A stretch of 63,794 nt of DNA from Usitatibacter sp. (GCA_035501715.1 DATJVS010000063.1:1-63794); one strand, 5' to 3'. Counted from the stretch's first letter, positions 41,369 to 53,452 are shown. Numbers and translations are program-made. Notes: a model not told the origin generated them from the letters alone.

Positions 41369-42814
41369 CTAGGGCTCGCGGGTGGAGCCTGGCCCCTGCG
41401 CGTCGCCGGGATCGGAGACAGTCATTTTAGCACCGGAGCGTCCCGCGGCCTCGAGTCGCCCGTAGAGCGTCGTGCGCGAAACGCCCAGCAGCTTCGCCGC
41501 CTGGGACACGTTTCCCTGGGCGATCTCCATGGCCGCGTCCAGGTAGGCCTGCTCGGCGCTCTTGAGCGCCGCATCGAGGCTGAAGGGCTTGCCCGAGGAG
41601 AGCTCCGCGCGCGCCTGGGCCGCGGGATCGCCGCGATTGTCGGCGTCGCCCGGGGAGAGCTCGGTCTCCAGCTCGGCCGCGCCCACGACGTAGCCCGCGT
41701 ACTTGGTGGTGAGGCGGATCACGATGTTGCGAAGCTCGCGCACGTTGCCCGGAAACTCGTACGAGAGCCAGCGCGCGCGCGCCGCCGGATCGAGCTCGAA
41801 GGCCTTCGCTCCCGACTTGGCCGCATAGAGAGCGCGATAGTAGTCCAGCAGTCGCAGGCGGTCGTCGCCCAGCTCGCGAAGCGGCGGCACCACGAGCGTG
41901 AACACCGAGAGGCGATGGTAGAGGTCGGAGCGGAAGCGCCCCTGCTTCACTTCCTCGCGCAAGTCGCGATTGGTCGCGGCGACGATGCGCGCGCGCGACA
42001 CCCTCGTCTGCGTCTCGCCCACGCGCTGGTATTCGCCGTTCTCGAGCACGCGCAGCAGCTTCGCCTGCAGCTCGCCGGGGAGCTCGCCGATCTCGTCGAG
42101 GAAGAGCGTGCCTTCGGCCGCGTCCTCGAAGTAGCCCGACTTCGCCGACTGCGCGCCCGTGAACGCGCCCTTCGCGTAGCCGAAGAGCGTGGGTTCCACG
42201 AGCGCGGGCGAGATGGCGGCGCAGTTGAGCGCGAGGTAGGGCTGCCTGGCGCGCGGGCTCAGGTGGTGCAGCGAGAACGCCACACGCTCCTTTCCGCTTC
42301 CCGATTCGCCCTCGATCAGCGCGGGAAACGGCGAGGCGGCGTACAGGTCGACTTGGCTCCGCAGCTTGCGTATCGCCGGGCTTTCGCCGATCAGCGCGCG
42401 CACGTCCTCCGCGTCGTCGCGGCGCGCGAGCCTGCCCGAGCGAAGCGAGCCCGCGAGGATCTCGCGCAGGACCTCCGGCTCGCAGGGCTTGGGCACGAGC
42501 TCGAGCGCGCCCAGCGCGCGGGCGCGCCGGGCGTTCGATTCCTCGTTCTGCCCCGTGAGCACGAGGATCCGCGCCTGCGGCGCATGCGCGATGAGGTCGC
42601 CGATCAGCTTGAAGCCCTCGTTGGGCAGGTGCGGCACCGGGGGAAGCCCGAGGTCGATGAGCGCGAGGTCGGGGCGCAGTCCCGAGCGCAGCTTCTCCAC
42701 GGCCGAGGCGCGGTCGCCGGCGCGAGCGACCTCGTAGTCGGCGGCGAGCGCGTACGCGAGGCTCTCGCCGATCAGGGGATCGTCGTCGACGAGCAGGAGG
42801 CTGGGCTTCTCCAC
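41369..42814 (-). CDS. sigma54-dependent response regulator (REC-AAA-Fis HTH)
   Basis: Motifs VDDD, IDLGLPP, KP, GESGSGKE, NCAA, GAFTGA, FLDEIGE, FPGNVREL, AAKLLGVSRTTLY. Confidence 0.95.
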   Translation of the reverse strand: MEKPSLLLVDDDPLIGESLAYALAADYEVARAGDRASAVEKLRSGLRPDLALIDLGLPPVPHLPNEGFKLIGDLIAHAPQARILVLTGQNEESNARRARALGALELVPKPCEPEVLREILAGSLRSGRLARRDDAEDVRALIGESPAIRKLRSQVDLYAASPFPALIEGESGSGKERVAFSLHHLSPRARQPYLALNCAAISPALVEPTLFGYAKGAFTGAQSAKSGYFEDAAEGTLFLDEIGELPGELQAKLLRVLENGEYQRVGETQTRVSRARIVAATNRDLREEVKQGRFRSDLYHRLSVFTLVVPPLRELGDDRLRLLDYYRALYAAKSGAKAFELDPAARARWLSYEFPGNVRELRNIVIRLTTKYAGYVVGAAELETELSPGDADNRGDPAAQARAELSSGKPFSLDAALKSAEQAYLDAAMEIAQGNVSQAAKLLGVSRTTLYGRLEAAGRSGAKMTVSDPGDAQGPGSTREP

Positions 42815-42859
42815 GCGTCGATTATAGGCGAGGGAGGGGCCGCCAAAGCTTGCTAGAAT
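42815..42859. promoter_or_regulatory. Divergent -10 boxes for the sigma54 regulator and mlaF
   Basis: Minus-strand TATAAT (42826-42821) lies 6 nt before GTG 42814. Plus-strand extended -10 TGcTAGAAT at 42851-42859. Confidence 0.55.
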
Positions 42860-42888
42860 TGGCGTCCACTTTCCCGCATTTCTTCCGC

Positions 42889-43707
42889 GTGTCCGAAGAA
42901 CTCCTGGTCGACGTCCAGTCCGTGAGCTTCTCCTACGGCCGGCGCCCCATCCTGAAGGGCATCTCCATGCGCGTGCCCCGCGGCAAGGTGGTCGCGATCA
43001 TGGGCGCCTCGGGCAGCGGCAAGACCACGCTGCTTCGCGCCATCGGCGGGCAGCTCAAGCCCACCTCGGGCGTGGTGCGCGTGGCGGGCGAGAACATCCA
43101 CGCGCTGGACGACGAGGGCCTCTACGTGCTTCGCCGCCGCATGAGCATGATGTTCCAGTTCGGCGCGCTCTTCACCGACATGGACGTGTTCGAGAACGTG
43201 GCCTTCCCGCTTCGCGAGCACACGAGCCTTCCGGAATCGATGATCCGCGACCTGGTGCTGATGAAGCTGGAGGCCGTGGGCATGCGCGGCGCCCACCGGC
43301 TGCGCCCCGCGGAGCTCTCCGGCGGCATGGCGAGGCGCGTGGCGCTCGCGCGAGCCGTGGTGCTCGATCCCACGCTCGTGATGTACGACGAGCCGTTCGC
43401 GGGCCTGGACCCCATCGCCCTCGCGGTGATCGGGCAGCTGGTGCGCAGGTTGAACGATGCGCTCGGCGCGACGTCAATCGTCGTGTCCCATGACGTGGTG
43501 GAGTCGCTGCAGATCGTGGATTACCTCTATTTCATCTCCGAGGGAGTGATCGTGGGCGAGGGCACGCCCGACGAGATCCGCGCCTCGACGCATCCTTACG
43601 TGCGCCAGTTCGTGCACGGCGGCGGCGAAGGCCCGGTCGCTTTCCACTACCCGGCGCGGCCGTATGCGGTGGACGTGGGCCTCGCCAGGGAGGCCGCGCG
43701 TGCTTGA
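42889..43707 (+). CDS. mlaF: Mla phospholipid transport ATPase
   Basis: GTG 42889. Motifs [41 protein letters not shown]. Confidence 0.93.
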   Translation: MSEELLVDVQSVSFSYGRRPILKGISMRVPRGKVVAIMGASGSGKTTLLRAIGGQLKPTSGVVRVAGENIHALDDEGLYVLRRRMSMMFQFGALFTDMDVFENVAFPLREHTSLPESMIRDLVLMKLEAVGMRGAHRLRPAELSGGMARRVALARAVVLDPTLVMYDEPFAGLDPIALAVIGQLVRRLNDALGATSIVVSHDVVESLQIVDYLYFISEGVIVGEGTPDEIRASTHPYVRQFVHGGGEGPVAFHYPARPYAVDVGLAREAARA

Positions 43708-44494
43708 CGTGCGCCGCCCGCTCGCCAGGCTCGGGCACAACTTCATCGACGGCCTGTGGCGCGCGGGCTCCATGGCGCGCTTCTTCGGCCTGGTGCTCGC
43801 CTCGTCGGCCACGAGCTTCGTGCGCTTCCGCCTCGTGATGCGCGAGGTGTACTTCACGGGCGTGCTCTCGCTCATCATCATCATCGTGAGCGGGCTCTTC
43901 GTGGGCATGGTGCTGGGCCTGCAGGGCTACGAGACGCTGCAGAAATACGGCGCGACCGAATCCATCGGCGTCCTCGTGGCGCTGTCGCTCGTGCGCGAGC
44001 TGGGCCCGGTCGTCGCGGCGCTGCTCTTCGCCTCGCGCGCGGGCAGCGCCATCACCGCCGAGATCGGCCTCATGAAGACGACCGAGCAGCTCACGGCGAT
44101 GGACATGATGGCGGTCTCGCCCATGGCGCGCGTCATCGCGCCGAGGTTCTGGGCGGGCATCATCTCCATGCCGATCCTGTCGCTGCTCTTCTCGGCGATG
44201 GGCGTCTTCGGCGGCTACATCGTGGGCGTCGTGCTCTTCGGCGTGGACAACGGCGCGTTCTGGTCGCAAATGCAGGCGGCGGTGGAGTTCCGGTATGATG
44301 TCCTCAACGGTTTGTTGAAGGCATTCGTGTTCGGCATCGCCGTCACGGTGATCGCCACGTTCGAGGGCTACGACGCGCCGCCGACCGCGGAAGGCGTTTC
44401 CGGCGCCACGACGCGCACGGTGGTGACCTCGGCCCTCACGATCCTCGCCCTCGACTTCGTGCTCACGGCGTTCATGCTGCGCGCCGACACCTGA
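43700..44494 (+). CDS. mlaE: Mla permease
   Basis: GTG 43700. Motifs [36 protein letters not shown]. Confidence 0.95.
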   Translation: MLDVRRPLARLGHNFIDGLWRAGSMARFFGLVLASSATSFVRFRLVMREVYFTGVLSLIIIIVSGLFVGMVLGLQGYETLQKYGATESIGVLVALSLVRELGPVVAALLFASRAGSAITAEIGLMKTTEQLTAMDMMAVSPMARVIAPRFWAGIISMPILSLLFSAMGVFGGYIVGVVLFGVDNGAFWSQMQAAVEFRYDVLNGLLKAFVFGIAVTVIATFEGYDAPPTAEGVSGATTRTVVTSALTILALDFVLTAFMLRADT

Positions 44495-44499
44495 CCGAC

Positions 44500-45000
44500 A
44501 TGGAAAGAACGACAATCGACCTCTGGTTCGGCGCCTTCGTCACCGCGGGATTCGTGGCGTTGCTGGTGCTCGCGCTCAAGGTGGGCAACCTGGGAAGCGA
44601 GCGGGCGGCGCAGACCTATCGCGTCGAAGCGCGCTTCGACAACATCGGCGGCCTCAAGGTGCGCGGGCCGGTGCGCAGCGCCGGCGTGCTCGTGGGGCGC
44701 GTGGCCGACATCCGCTTCGACAACGACCGCTTCCAGGCGCAGGTCACGCTGGCGCTCGACACTCGCTACTCGTGGCCCAAGGACACGAGCGCATCGATAC
44801 TCACCTCGGGGCTGCTCGGCGAGACCTACATCGGCCTCGAGGCGGGCGGCGACGACAAGAAGCTCGTGGCGGGCGACCGCATCCAGATCACCCAATCGGC
44901 CGTGGTGCTGGAGAAACTGATCAGCCAGTTCCTGTTCAGCAAGGCTTCGGAGTCGCCGGCGCCCGCGCCCGCGCCGGCAGCCGTTTCGCCGAAGAAGTAG
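44500..45000 (+). CDS. mlaD: MCE protein MlaD
   Basis: Motifs FDNIGGLKVR.PV..AGV.VGRV, ILTSGLLGE.YI, TQSAVVLE. Confidence 0.95.
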   Translation: MERTTIDLWFGAFVTAGFVALLVLALKVGNLGSERAAQTYRVEARFDNIGGLKVRGPVRSAGVLVGRVADIRFDNDRFQAQVTLALDTRYSWPKDTSASILTSGLLGETYIGLEAGGDDKKLVAGDRIQITQSAVVLEKLISQFLFSKASESPAPAPAPAAVSPKK

Positions 45001-45004
45001 CGCC

Positions 45005-45033
45005 GGAACCGGCGCGCCGTCCACGCGGTCCAA
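45005..45033 (+). promoter_or_regulatory. Putative RpoE/AlgU-type ECF promoter upstream of mlaC
   Basis: GGAACCG-16 nt-GTCCAA versus consensus GGAACTT-N16-GTCnAA. Confidence 0.5.
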
Positions 45034-45068
45034 CGAATCCGCGCGGCCTCGAACAACAAGGAAGAAGA

Positions 45069-45677
45069 ATGAAACGGATCCTCGCCCTTATCGCCATGGC
45101 CCTCGTGCCGGCGCTCGCCGCCGCCGAGGAGTCGCCCGAGGCGCTCGTGAAGCGCGTGACCGACGAGGTGCTCGCCATCATCAAGAGCGACAAGGACCTC
45201 CAGTCGGGCAACATGACGAAGGTCGTGCAGCTCGCCGAGCAGAAGGTGCTGCCGCATTTCGACTTCGAGCGCATGACCCGCCTTGCCGTGGGCAAGAACT
45301 GGCGCGCGGCAGACGACGCGCAGAAGACGTCGCTCGTGAACGAGTTCCGCACGCTGCTGGTGCGCACTTACTCGAGCTCGCTCGCCGCCTACCGAAACCA
45401 GACGATCGAGGTGAAGCCCGGCAAGAGCGCGCCCTCCGACAAGGAAGCGCTGGTGAGGACCGCCGTGATCCAGCAGGGCGGCCCCTCGATCCCGATCGAC
45501 TACTCCATGGAGAAGACCGACTCGGGCTGGAAGGTCTACGACGTCGTGATCGACGGGGCCTCGCTCGTCACCACGTACAGGGGCTCGTTCAACGACCAGA
45601 TCCAGAAGGGCGGCGTCGACGGCCTGATCAAGTCGCTCCAGGATCGCAACCGCGCGCCCGAGGCTGCGAAGAAGTGA
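45069..45677 (+). CDS. mlaC: Periplasmic phospholipid shuttle
   Basis: ATG 45069 with AAGGA SD. Motifs FDFERMTRLAVG..W, F..LLVRTY, WKVYDV.I.G.SLV..YR. Confidence 0.94.
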   Translation: MKRILALIAMALVPALAAAEESPEALVKRVTDEVLAIIKSDKDLQSGNMTKVVQLAEQKVLPHFDFERMTRLAVGKNWRAADDAQKTSLVNEFRTLLVRTYSSSLAAYRNQTIEVKPGKSAPSDKEALVRTAVIQQGGPSIPIDYSMEKTDSGWKVYDVVIDGASLVTTYRGSFNDQIQKGGVDGLIKSLQDRNRAPEAAKK

Positions 45678-45979
45678 ATTCCTCCGCGCCCGGCGAGGTG
45701 ATGGTCCTCGAGGCGGGCGAGCTCTCGTTCCACACGATCCCCGCGGTGCTCGCGCGCAGCGCCGAGTATTCGGCGAGGACCGATCTGCCCGAACGGCTCA
45801 CAATCGATTTCTCGGCCGTGACGGGGGTCGATTCGGCGGCGGTGGCGCTGCTGCTGGACTGGCGGCGCATGGCGCATGCGCGCGGCAAGACCCTCATCTT
45901 CGTGAACCTGCCCGCGAACCTCCTCGCGCTCGCCGAGCTCTATGGGGTCTCGGAGCTGATCCAACCCCACCAGGCCTGA
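45674..45979 (+). CDS. mlaB: STAS domain protein
   Basis: Motifs VDSAAVALLL.W.R, LA.LYGV. Follows mlaC. Confidence 0.88.
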   Translation: MNSSAPGEVMVLEAGELSFHTIPAVLARSAEYSARTDLPERLTIDFSAVTGVDSAAVALLLDWRRMAHARGKTLIFVNLPANLLALAELYGVSELIQPHQA

Positions 45980-46893
45980 TGCTCGCTGTCGAGGCGCGCG
46001 GCGTCCACAAGCGCTACGGTTCCGTGCACGCCCTTGCGGGCGTCTCGCTCGAGGTGCGCGAGGGCGAGTTCTTCGGCTTGCTGGGCCCCAACGGCGCGGG
46101 CAAGACCACGCTCATCTCCGCATTGGGAGGCCTCGCGCGCGCCGACGAAGGCAGCCTTGCCGTGATGGGGCACGACGTCGTGCGCGATTTCCGGGCCTCG
46201 CGCCGTGCGGTGGGCATCGTGCCGCAGGAGATCGTCTTCGATCCGTTCTTCACGGTGCGCGAGACGCTACGGCTCCAGTCGGGCTACTTCGGGCTGCGGC
46301 GCAACGACGCGTGGATCGACGAGCTGATCGAGCGCCTCGCGCTCAGGGACAAGGCCGACGCCAACATGCGCAGCCTCTCGGGCGGCATGAAGCGCCGCGT
46401 GATGGTGGCGCAGGCGCTCGTTCACCGGCCCCCCGTGATCGTGTTGGACGAGCCCACCGCGGGCGTCGACGTCGAGCTTCGCCAGACGCTCTGGGCCTTC
46501 ATCCGGTCGCTGAACGCCGCCGGCCACACCATCGTGCTCACCACGCACTACCTCGAGGAAGCGCAGCAGCTGTGCACGCGCATCGCGATGATGAAGGAAG
46601 GCCGCATCGTCGCACTCGACTCGACCGCCCGGCTGCTCACGGATTTCTCCGAGCGCGTGCTCAAGGTGAAGCTCGAAGGCTCGGAGCTTCCCGCGACGCT
46701 CGCGCGCGGCGCTTCGCGGGACCCGGCGGGCGCGTGGCGCATCCCCATCGTGGACGTGGCCCACGTCGAGGAGGCCCTGCGCGAGCTTCGCGCCGCGGGC
46801 GCGGCCATCGCGAGCCTCGAGGTCGCCGAGCCGGAGCTCGAGGAAGTCTTCGTGAAGATCATGCGCCGCGAGGAGCGGTCCCCGGCGCCATGA
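45979..46893 (+). CDS. ABC-2 transporter ATP-binding protein (YadG-like)
   Basis: Motifs GPNGAGKTT, LSGGMKRR, LDEPTAGVD, TTHYLEEA. Confidence 0.92.
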   Translation: MLAVEARGVHKRYGSVHALAGVSLEVREGEFFGLLGPNGAGKTTLISALGGLARADEGSLAVMGHDVVRDFRASRRAVGIVPQEIVFDPFFTVRETLRLQSGYFGLRRNDAWIDELIERLALRDKADANMRSLSGGMKRRVMVAQALVHRPPVIVLDEPTAGVDVELRQTLWAFIRSLNAAGHTIVLTTHYLEEAQQLCTRIAMMKEGRIVALDSTARLLTDFSERVLKVKLEGSELPATLARGASRDPAGAWRIPIVDVAHVEEALRELRAAGAAIASLEVAEPELEEVFVKIMRREERSPAP

Positions 46894-47645
46894 CGGGCTT
46901 CCCCACGCTGTTCTACAAGGAGGTGCTTCGCTTCTGGAAGGTGGCCTTCCAGACGGTGGCGGCCCCCGTTCTCACCACGCTGCTCTACCTCCTCGTCTTC
47001 GCCCACGCGCTCGCCGCGCACGTGGAGGCGTTTCCGGGCGTGCCGTACCGCGAGTTCCTGATCCCGGGGCTCGCGATGATGGCGATGCTGCAGAACGCGT
47101 TCGCCAACAGCTCGTCCTCGCTCATCCAGTCGAAGATCACGGGCAACATCGTCTTCATCCTGCTTCCGCCGCTCACCTCCCTCGATCTGTTCGGCGCATA
47201 CCTGGGCGCTTCGATCGTTCGCGGGCTCGTGGTGGGCCTGGGCGTCCTTGCCGCCACCGTGTGGATGGTTCCCGTCCCCGTGAGCCATCCCGCGTGGGCC
47301 CTCGCGTTCGCGGTCGTGGGCTGCGGGATGCTGGGAACGCTCGGCATCGTCGCGGGCATCTGGGCGGAGAAGTTCGACCAGCTCGCGGCGTTCCAGAACT
47401 TCCTCGTGATGCCGCTCACGTTCCTCGCGGGCGTGTTCTATTCCACGCAATCGCTGCCGCCCGCCTGGCAGGCCGTGTCGAAGTTGAACCCCTTCTTCTA
47501 CGCGATCGACGGGTTCCGCTACGGGTTCTTCGGGCAGTCGGACGTGGATCCGGCCGCGAGCCTCGCGTTTGCGACCGCCGCCTTCGCTGTCCTATCATGG
47601 CTCACGCTGCTCCTCCTGAAGCGCGGCTACAAGCTGCGGCATTAA
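46890..47645 (+). CDS. ABC-2 transporter permease (YadH-like)
   Basis: ATG 46890. Motifs KEVLRF, PGLAMM, NAFANSSSSL, PLTFL.GVFYS, NPFFY.IDGFRY. Confidence 0.92.
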   Translation: MTGFPTLFYKEVLRFWKVAFQTVAAPVLTTLLYLLVFAHALAAHVEAFPGVPYREFLIPGLAMMAMLQNAFANSSSSLIQSKITGNIVFILLPPLTSLDLFGAYLGASIVRGLVVGLGVLAATVWMVPVPVSHPAWALAFAVVGCGMLGTLGIVAGIWAEKFDQLAAFQNFLVMPLTFLAGVFYSTQSLPPAWQAVSKLNPFFYAIDGFRYGFFGQSDVDPAASLAFATAAFAVLSWLTLLLLKRGYKLRH

Positions 47646-47654
47646 AATAATCGA

Positions 47655-47891
47655 ATGGTCGAGGCAAGCTCCATAGAGGCATCCATTCGCGCCGGGCTCG
47701 AGTGCACCCATGTCGAGGTCCAGGGCGACGGCGCGCATTTCGAGGCGATCGTCGTGAGCCCGCGCTTCGCGGGCCTCGCGGCCGTGCGGCGCCACCAGCT
47801 CGTGTATGCGGCGCTGGGAGATCGCATGCGCTCCGAGATCCACGCGTTGTCGATGAAGACGCTCGCGCCCGAGGAATGGAAGGCGCGCTGA
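47655..47891 (+). CDS. BolA/IbaG family protein
   Basis: Motifs GDGAHF, F.G....RHQLVY..LG, IHALSM. Directly upstream of murA. Confidence 0.92.
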   Translation: MVEASSIEASIRAGLECTHVEVQGDGAHFEAIVVSPRFAGLAAVRRHQLVYAALGDRMRSEIHALSMKTLAPEEWKAR

Positions 47892-49178
<1,287 letters not shown>

Positions 49179-49182
49179 CGCG

Positions 49183-49821
49183 ATGATCACGCTCGCGCTC
49201 GCCAAGGGCCGCATCTTCGAGGAGACGCTGCCGCTGCTTTCGGCCGCCGGGATCCGGCCGGCCGAGGACCCGGAGGCCTCCCGCAAGCTGATCCTCGCCA
49301 CGCAGCGCGCGGACCTGCGCCTCGTGCTGGTGCGCGCCGCCGACGTGCCGACCTACGTGCAATACGGCGCCGCGGACCTGGGCGTGGCCGGGCACGACCT
49401 GCTCGCCGAGCACGGGGGCCAGGGCCTCTACCAGCCCCTCGACCTCGGCATTGCGCGCTGCCGCATGATGGTTGCCGTGCCCGAGGGCTTCGACTACGCC
49501 GCGGCCGTGAGGCAGGGCGCGCGCATCCGGGTCGCGACCAAGTACATCCGCACGGCGCGCGAGCACTTCGCCGCCAAGGGCGTGCACGTGGACCTCATCA
49601 AGCTCTACGGCTCCATGGAGCTCGCGCCCCTCGTGGGCCTCGCCGATGCGATCGTGGACCTCGTGGACACCGGCAACACCCTCAAGGCCAACCGCCTGCG
49701 CGTGGTCGAGGAGATCATGCCGGTATCGAGCCGGCTCATCGTGAATCCGGCTTCCATGAAGTTGAAGCGCGATGCGATCGCCCCGCTCATCGACGCGCTC
49801 GGCAAGGCCGCCCGTGGGTGA
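49183..49821 (+). CDS. hisG: ATP phosphoribosyltransferase, short form
   Basis: Motifs [34 protein letters not shown]. 212 aa with no regulatory domain (HisZ not in window). Confidence 0.95.
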   Translation: MITLALAKGRIFEETLPLLSAAGIRPAEDPEASRKLILATQRADLRLVLVRAADVPTYVQYGAADLGVAGHDLLAEHGGQGLYQPLDLGIARCRMMVAVPEGFDYAAAVRQGARIRVATKYIRTAREHFAAKGVHVDLIKLYGSMELAPLVGLADAIVDLVDTGNTLKANRLRVVEEIMPVSSRLIVNPASMKLKRDAIAPLIDALGKAARG

Positions 49822-51121
49822 GCCTCGGCGACTGTCGAGCCGCGACGCGGGATTTCCCGCCGCGCTCGATGCGCTGCTCGCTTTCGAAAGCGCGCAGGAC
49901 GAGAGCGTGGAGCGCGCGACCGCCGGGATCCTCGAGGGCGTGCGCGCGCGCGGCGACGATGCCCTCGTCGAATACACCGAGCGCTTCGATGGCTGGAAGC
50001 CGGCATCGGCTGCGGCCCTGCGCGTGCCCATGGACGAAGCGGGCGCCGCGCTTCGCGAGCTTCCCGCGGCCGAGCGCGAGGCGCTGGAGTTCGCGGCCGC
50101 GCGCATCCGCGCCTACCACGAGCGCCAGTCGCAGGAGTCGTGGCGCGTCGACGGCGGCGACGGCACGGTGCTGGGCCAGAAGGTCACGCCCCTCGACCGC
50201 GTCGGCATGTACGTTCCGGGCGGCAAGGCCGCGTATCCGTCGTCGGTGATCATGAGCGCGGTGGCCGCGAAGGTGGCCGGGGTTCCCGAGCTCGTGATGG
50301 TGACGCCCACTCCCGGAGGCGAGATCAATCTCCCGGTCCTGGCCGCGGCGGCGCTCGCGGGCGTGGATCGCATCGTGCGAGTCGGCGGCGCACAGGCGAT
50401 CGGCGCACTCGCGTACGGCACCGCGACAGTCCCCGCCGTGGACAAGATCGTGGGCCCCGGCAACGCGTACGTGGCCGCCGCGAAGCGCCGCGTCTTCGGC
50501 CGCGTGGGCATCGACATGGTGGCCGGCCCTTCCGAGGTCCTCGTGATCGCCGACGCGAGCGCCCATCCCGACTGGGTGGCGATGGACCTCTTCTCGCAGG
50601 CCGAGCACGACGAGATCGCGCAGGCGATCCTGCTTTCGCCCGATGCCTCGTTCGTCGAGCGGGTCGCGCAGTCGATGAAGCGGCAGGTGGAATCGATGCC
50701 GCGGCGCGCGATCATCGAGGCGTCGCTCGCTTCGCGAGGGGCGCTGATCCTCGTGCGCGACCTGGATGAAGCCTGCGAGATCGCCAACCGCATCGCGCCG
50801 GAGCACCTGGAGCTCGCGGTGGCCGATCCGGAGGCGCTCCTCGCGAAGATCCGCCACGCGGGCGCGATCTTCCTCGGGCACCACGCGAGCGAGTCGCTGG
50901 GCGACTACTGCGCGGGCCCGAACCACGTGCTGCCTACCTCACGAACGGCGCGTTTCTCGTCGCCGCTGGGCGTGTACGACTTCCAGAAGCGCTCGAGCGT
51001 GATCGGCATCTCGCGCGAAGCCGCCCAGGTGCTGGGCCGCGCCGCCGCCACGCTCGCGCGCGCCGAAGGGCTCGAGGCCCATGCGCGCAGCGCCGAATGG
51101 CGCATGAAGGAAGCGAAGTGA
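49814..51121 (+). CDS. hisD: Histidinol dehydrogenase
   Basis: GTG 49814. Motifs [40 protein letters not shown]. Confidence 0.96.
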   Translation: MGEPRRLSSRDAGFPAALDALLAFESAQDESVERATAGILEGVRARGDDALVEYTERFDGWKPASAAALRVPMDEAGAALRELPAAEREALEFAAARIRAYHERQSQESWRVDGGDGTVLGQKVTPLDRVGMYVPGGKAAYPSSVIMSAVAAKVAGVPELVMVTPTPGGEINLPVLAAAALAGVDRIVRVGGAQAIGALAYGTATVPAVDKIVGPGNAYVAAAKRRVFGRVGIDMVAGPSEVLVIADASAHPDWVAMDLFSQAEHDEIAQAILLSPDASFVERVAQSMKRQVESMPRRAIIEASLASRGALILVRDLDEACEIANRIAPEHLELAVADPEALLAKIRHAGAIFLGHHASESLGDYCAGPNHVLPTSRTARFSSPLGVYDFQKRSSVIGISREAAQVLGRAAATLARAEGLEAHARSAEWRMKEAK

Positions 51122-52191
51122 GCCGCGGCCCCGCCGACCTCGTGCGCGACGACGTGCGCGCCATCAACGCTTATCACGTGCCGCCGGCGCAGGGCATGGT
51201 GAAGCTGGACGCCATGGAAAATCCCTACCGGCTCCCGCAGGCGCTCGCCGAGGAGATGGGCCGGCGCCTCGCCCAGGTGGCGGTCAATCGCTATCCCGAT
51301 CCCACGAACGCGCCGCTGAAGCGCCGCCTTCGCGAGGCGATGTCGATTCCGGATGCGCTCGAGATCGTGCTCGGCAACGGCTCCGACGAGATCCTGCAGC
51401 TCCTGACCGTCGCGCTCGCGCGCCCCGGCGCCACGGTGCTTTCGCTCGAGCCCTCGTTCGCGGTGTACAAGCTCGCCGCCGCCGCGGCGGGCATGCGCTA
51501 CGTGGGTGTGCCGCTCAACGAGGACTTCTCCCTCGACGAGGCGAAGCTCCTCGCGGCGATGGAGCGAGAAAGGCCGGCGCTCACATGGATCGCCTATCCC
51601 AACAATCCCACGGGCAACCTCTTCGCCCGCGAAGCGATCCTGCGCATCGTGGCCGCCGCACCTGGCGCGGTCGCCATCGACGAGGCCTACTACGCGTTCT
51701 CCGGGGGCGCTTCGCTGCTCGACGAGGTCGGCAAGCATCCCAACCTGCTGCTCGTGCGCACCGTCTCGAAACTGGGCCTCGCCGGACTGCGCGTGGGCCT
51801 CGCCATCGCCACGCCCGACTGGACGCGCGAGCTCGAGAAGCTTCGCATGCCGTACAACGTGAACGTCCTGTCGGCGGCCGCGGCCGACCTGCTGCTCGAG
51901 CGGCGCGACGTGCTCGATGCGCAGACGCACGCGATCCTCGCCGAGCGCGCGAGGCTCGAGCGCGCCCTCGACGCGATGGCGCGCGTGCGCCGCTTTCCCT
52001 CGGCGGCGAACTTCGTCCTGGTGCGCGTTCCCGACGCGCCCCGGGCGTTCGAGGCGCTTCGCGAGCGTGGTATATTGGTCCGCACGTTCCACGGCACGCA
52101 TCCCCTGCTCGCCCACTGCCTGAGGCTCACGGTCGGAACACCCGACGAGAACACGCGAATGCTCGAGGTACTCGCCCCCGCCGTGGGCTGA
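51118..52191 (+). CDS. hisC: Histidinol-phosphate aminotransferase
   Basis: GTG 51118. Motifs [37 protein letters not shown]. Confidence 0.95.
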   Translation: MSRGPADLVRDDVRAINAYHVPPAQGMVKLDAMENPYRLPQALAEEMGRRLAQVAVNRYPDPTNAPLKRRLREAMSIPDALEIVLGNGSDEILQLLTVALARPGATVLSLEPSFAVYKLAAAAAGMRYVGVPLNEDFSLDEAKLLAAMERERPALTWIAYPNNPTGNLFAREAILRIVAAAPGAVAIDEAYYAFSGGASLLDEVGKHPNLLLVRTVSKLGLAGLRVGLAIATPDWTRELEKLRMPYNVNVLSAAAADLLLERRDVLDAQTHAILAERARLERALDAMARVRRFPSAANFVLVRVPDAPRAFEALRERGILVRTFHGTHPLLAHCLRLTVGTPDENTRMLEVLAPAVG

Positions 52192-52195
52192 CTTC

Positions 52196-52783
52196 ATGCG
52201 CAAGGCCGAAATCCAGCGCGACACTCGCGAGACCCAGGTCCGGGTCGCCGTGGACCTCGACGGGCACGGGGCGGCGAAGCTCGCCTCGGGCATCCCGTTC
52301 CTCGACCACATGCTCGACCAGATCGCGCGCCACGGCGCCCTCGACCTCGAGATCGAGGCGAAGGGCGACCTGCACATCGACGCGCACCACACGGTGGAAG
52401 ACATCGGCATCACGCTCGGCATGGCGATCGCGAAGGCCCTGGGCGACAAGAAGGGCATCCGCCGCTACGGGCACGCCTACGTGCCGCTGGACGAGGCGCT
52501 CTCGCGCGCCGTCGTCGATTTCTCCGGGCGTCCCGGCCTCGAGTGGCACGTGAAGTACACGCGGGCGCGCGTGGGCGAGTTCGACGTGGACCTCACCCAC
52601 GAGTTCTTCCAGGGCTTCGTGAACCACGCGCAGGCCACCGTGCACATCGACAACATCCGCGGCGACAACGCGCACCACCAGTGCGAGACCGTGTTCAAGG
52701 CGTTCGCGCGCGCGCTGCGCATGGCGATCGAGCCCGATCCCCGCGCCGCGGGCGTGGTTCCTTCCACCAAGGGCTCCCTCTAA
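52196..52783 (+). CDS. hisB: Imidazoleglycerol-phosphate dehydratase
   Basis: Motifs [27 protein letters not shown]. Confidence 0.97.
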   Translation: MRKAEIQRDTRETQVRVAVDLDGHGAAKLASGIPFLDHMLDQIARHGALDLEIEAKGDLHIDAHHTVEDIGITLGMAIAKALGDKKGIRRYGHAYVPLDEALSRAVVDFSGRPGLEWHVKYTRARVGEFDVDLTHEFFQGFVNHAQATVHIDNIRGDNAHHQCETVFKAFARALRMAIEPDPRAAGVVPSTKGSL

Positions 52784-52806
52784 TCCCCTCCAGCGTCTCG
52801 AGCCTC

Positions 52807-53433
52807 GTGCCACGCGCCCAGAGAATCTCGATCGTCGACTACGGCATGGGCAATCTGCGCTCCGTGCAGAAGGCGCTGCAGCACGTCGCGCCCGAGGCGG
52901 AGGTGGAGATCACGTCCGATGCCGCGCGCATCCGCGGCGCCGACCGGGTCGTCTTTCCGGGCCAGGGCGCGATGCCCGATTGCATGCGCGCGCTGAACGA
53001 GCACGGCCTGGGCGAGGCGGTGGCGCAAAGCACGCGCGACAAGCCTTTCCTCGGCCTTTGCATCGGCCAGCAGATGCTCTTCGAGGACAGCGCCGAGGGC
53101 CCGACGGCGGGGCTCGCGCTGCTGCCGGGTCACGTGCGCGCCTTCGAGCCCGCCGCGGGGCTCAAGATCCCGCACATGGGGTGGAACGAGGTGTGGCAGG
53201 CCTCGCCCCACGCCCTGTGGAAGGGCATCGCCGACGGCAGCCGCTTCTACTTCGTGCACAGCTTCTACTGCGAGCCGGCCGAGCCCGCGCTCACCGCCGG
53301 CACCACGCGCTATCCCGATGGCTTTACCTCGGCCATCGCGAGGGATAATATTTTCGCGACGCAATTCCACCCAGAAAAGAGCAGCGTCGCGGGGCTCGCA
53401 CTTCTCAGCAACTTCTCCCGATGGGATCCCTAG
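52807..53433 (+). CDS. hisH: Imidazole glycerol phosphate synthase glutaminase subunit
   Basis: Probable GTG 52807 (start uncertain). Motifs [38 protein letters not shown]. Confidence 0.94.
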   Translation: MPRAQRISIVDYGMGNLRSVQKALQHVAPEAEVEITSDAARIRGADRVVFPGQGAMPDCMRALNEHGLGEAVAQSTRDKPFLGLCIGQQMLFEDSAEGPTAGLALLPGHVRAFEPAAGLKIPHMGWNEVWQASPHALWKGIADGSRFYFVHSFYCEPAEPALTAGTTRYPDGFTSAIARDNIFATQFHPEKSSVAGLALLSNFSRWDP

Positions 53434-53452
53434 AGATTCCGCCCCGCATCCC

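Noticed and set aside
49183-49821. Short hisG as a possible truncation or pseudogene
   Set aside because: The short-form HisG (HisZ-dependent) is a normal class, and the catalytic motifs are intact.
53296-53307. GCCGGCACCAC matching the tRNA-Thr 3' end (possible att duplicate)
   Set aside because: It is short and GC-rich, lies inside hisH among core genes, and no integrase is present. Likely chance.
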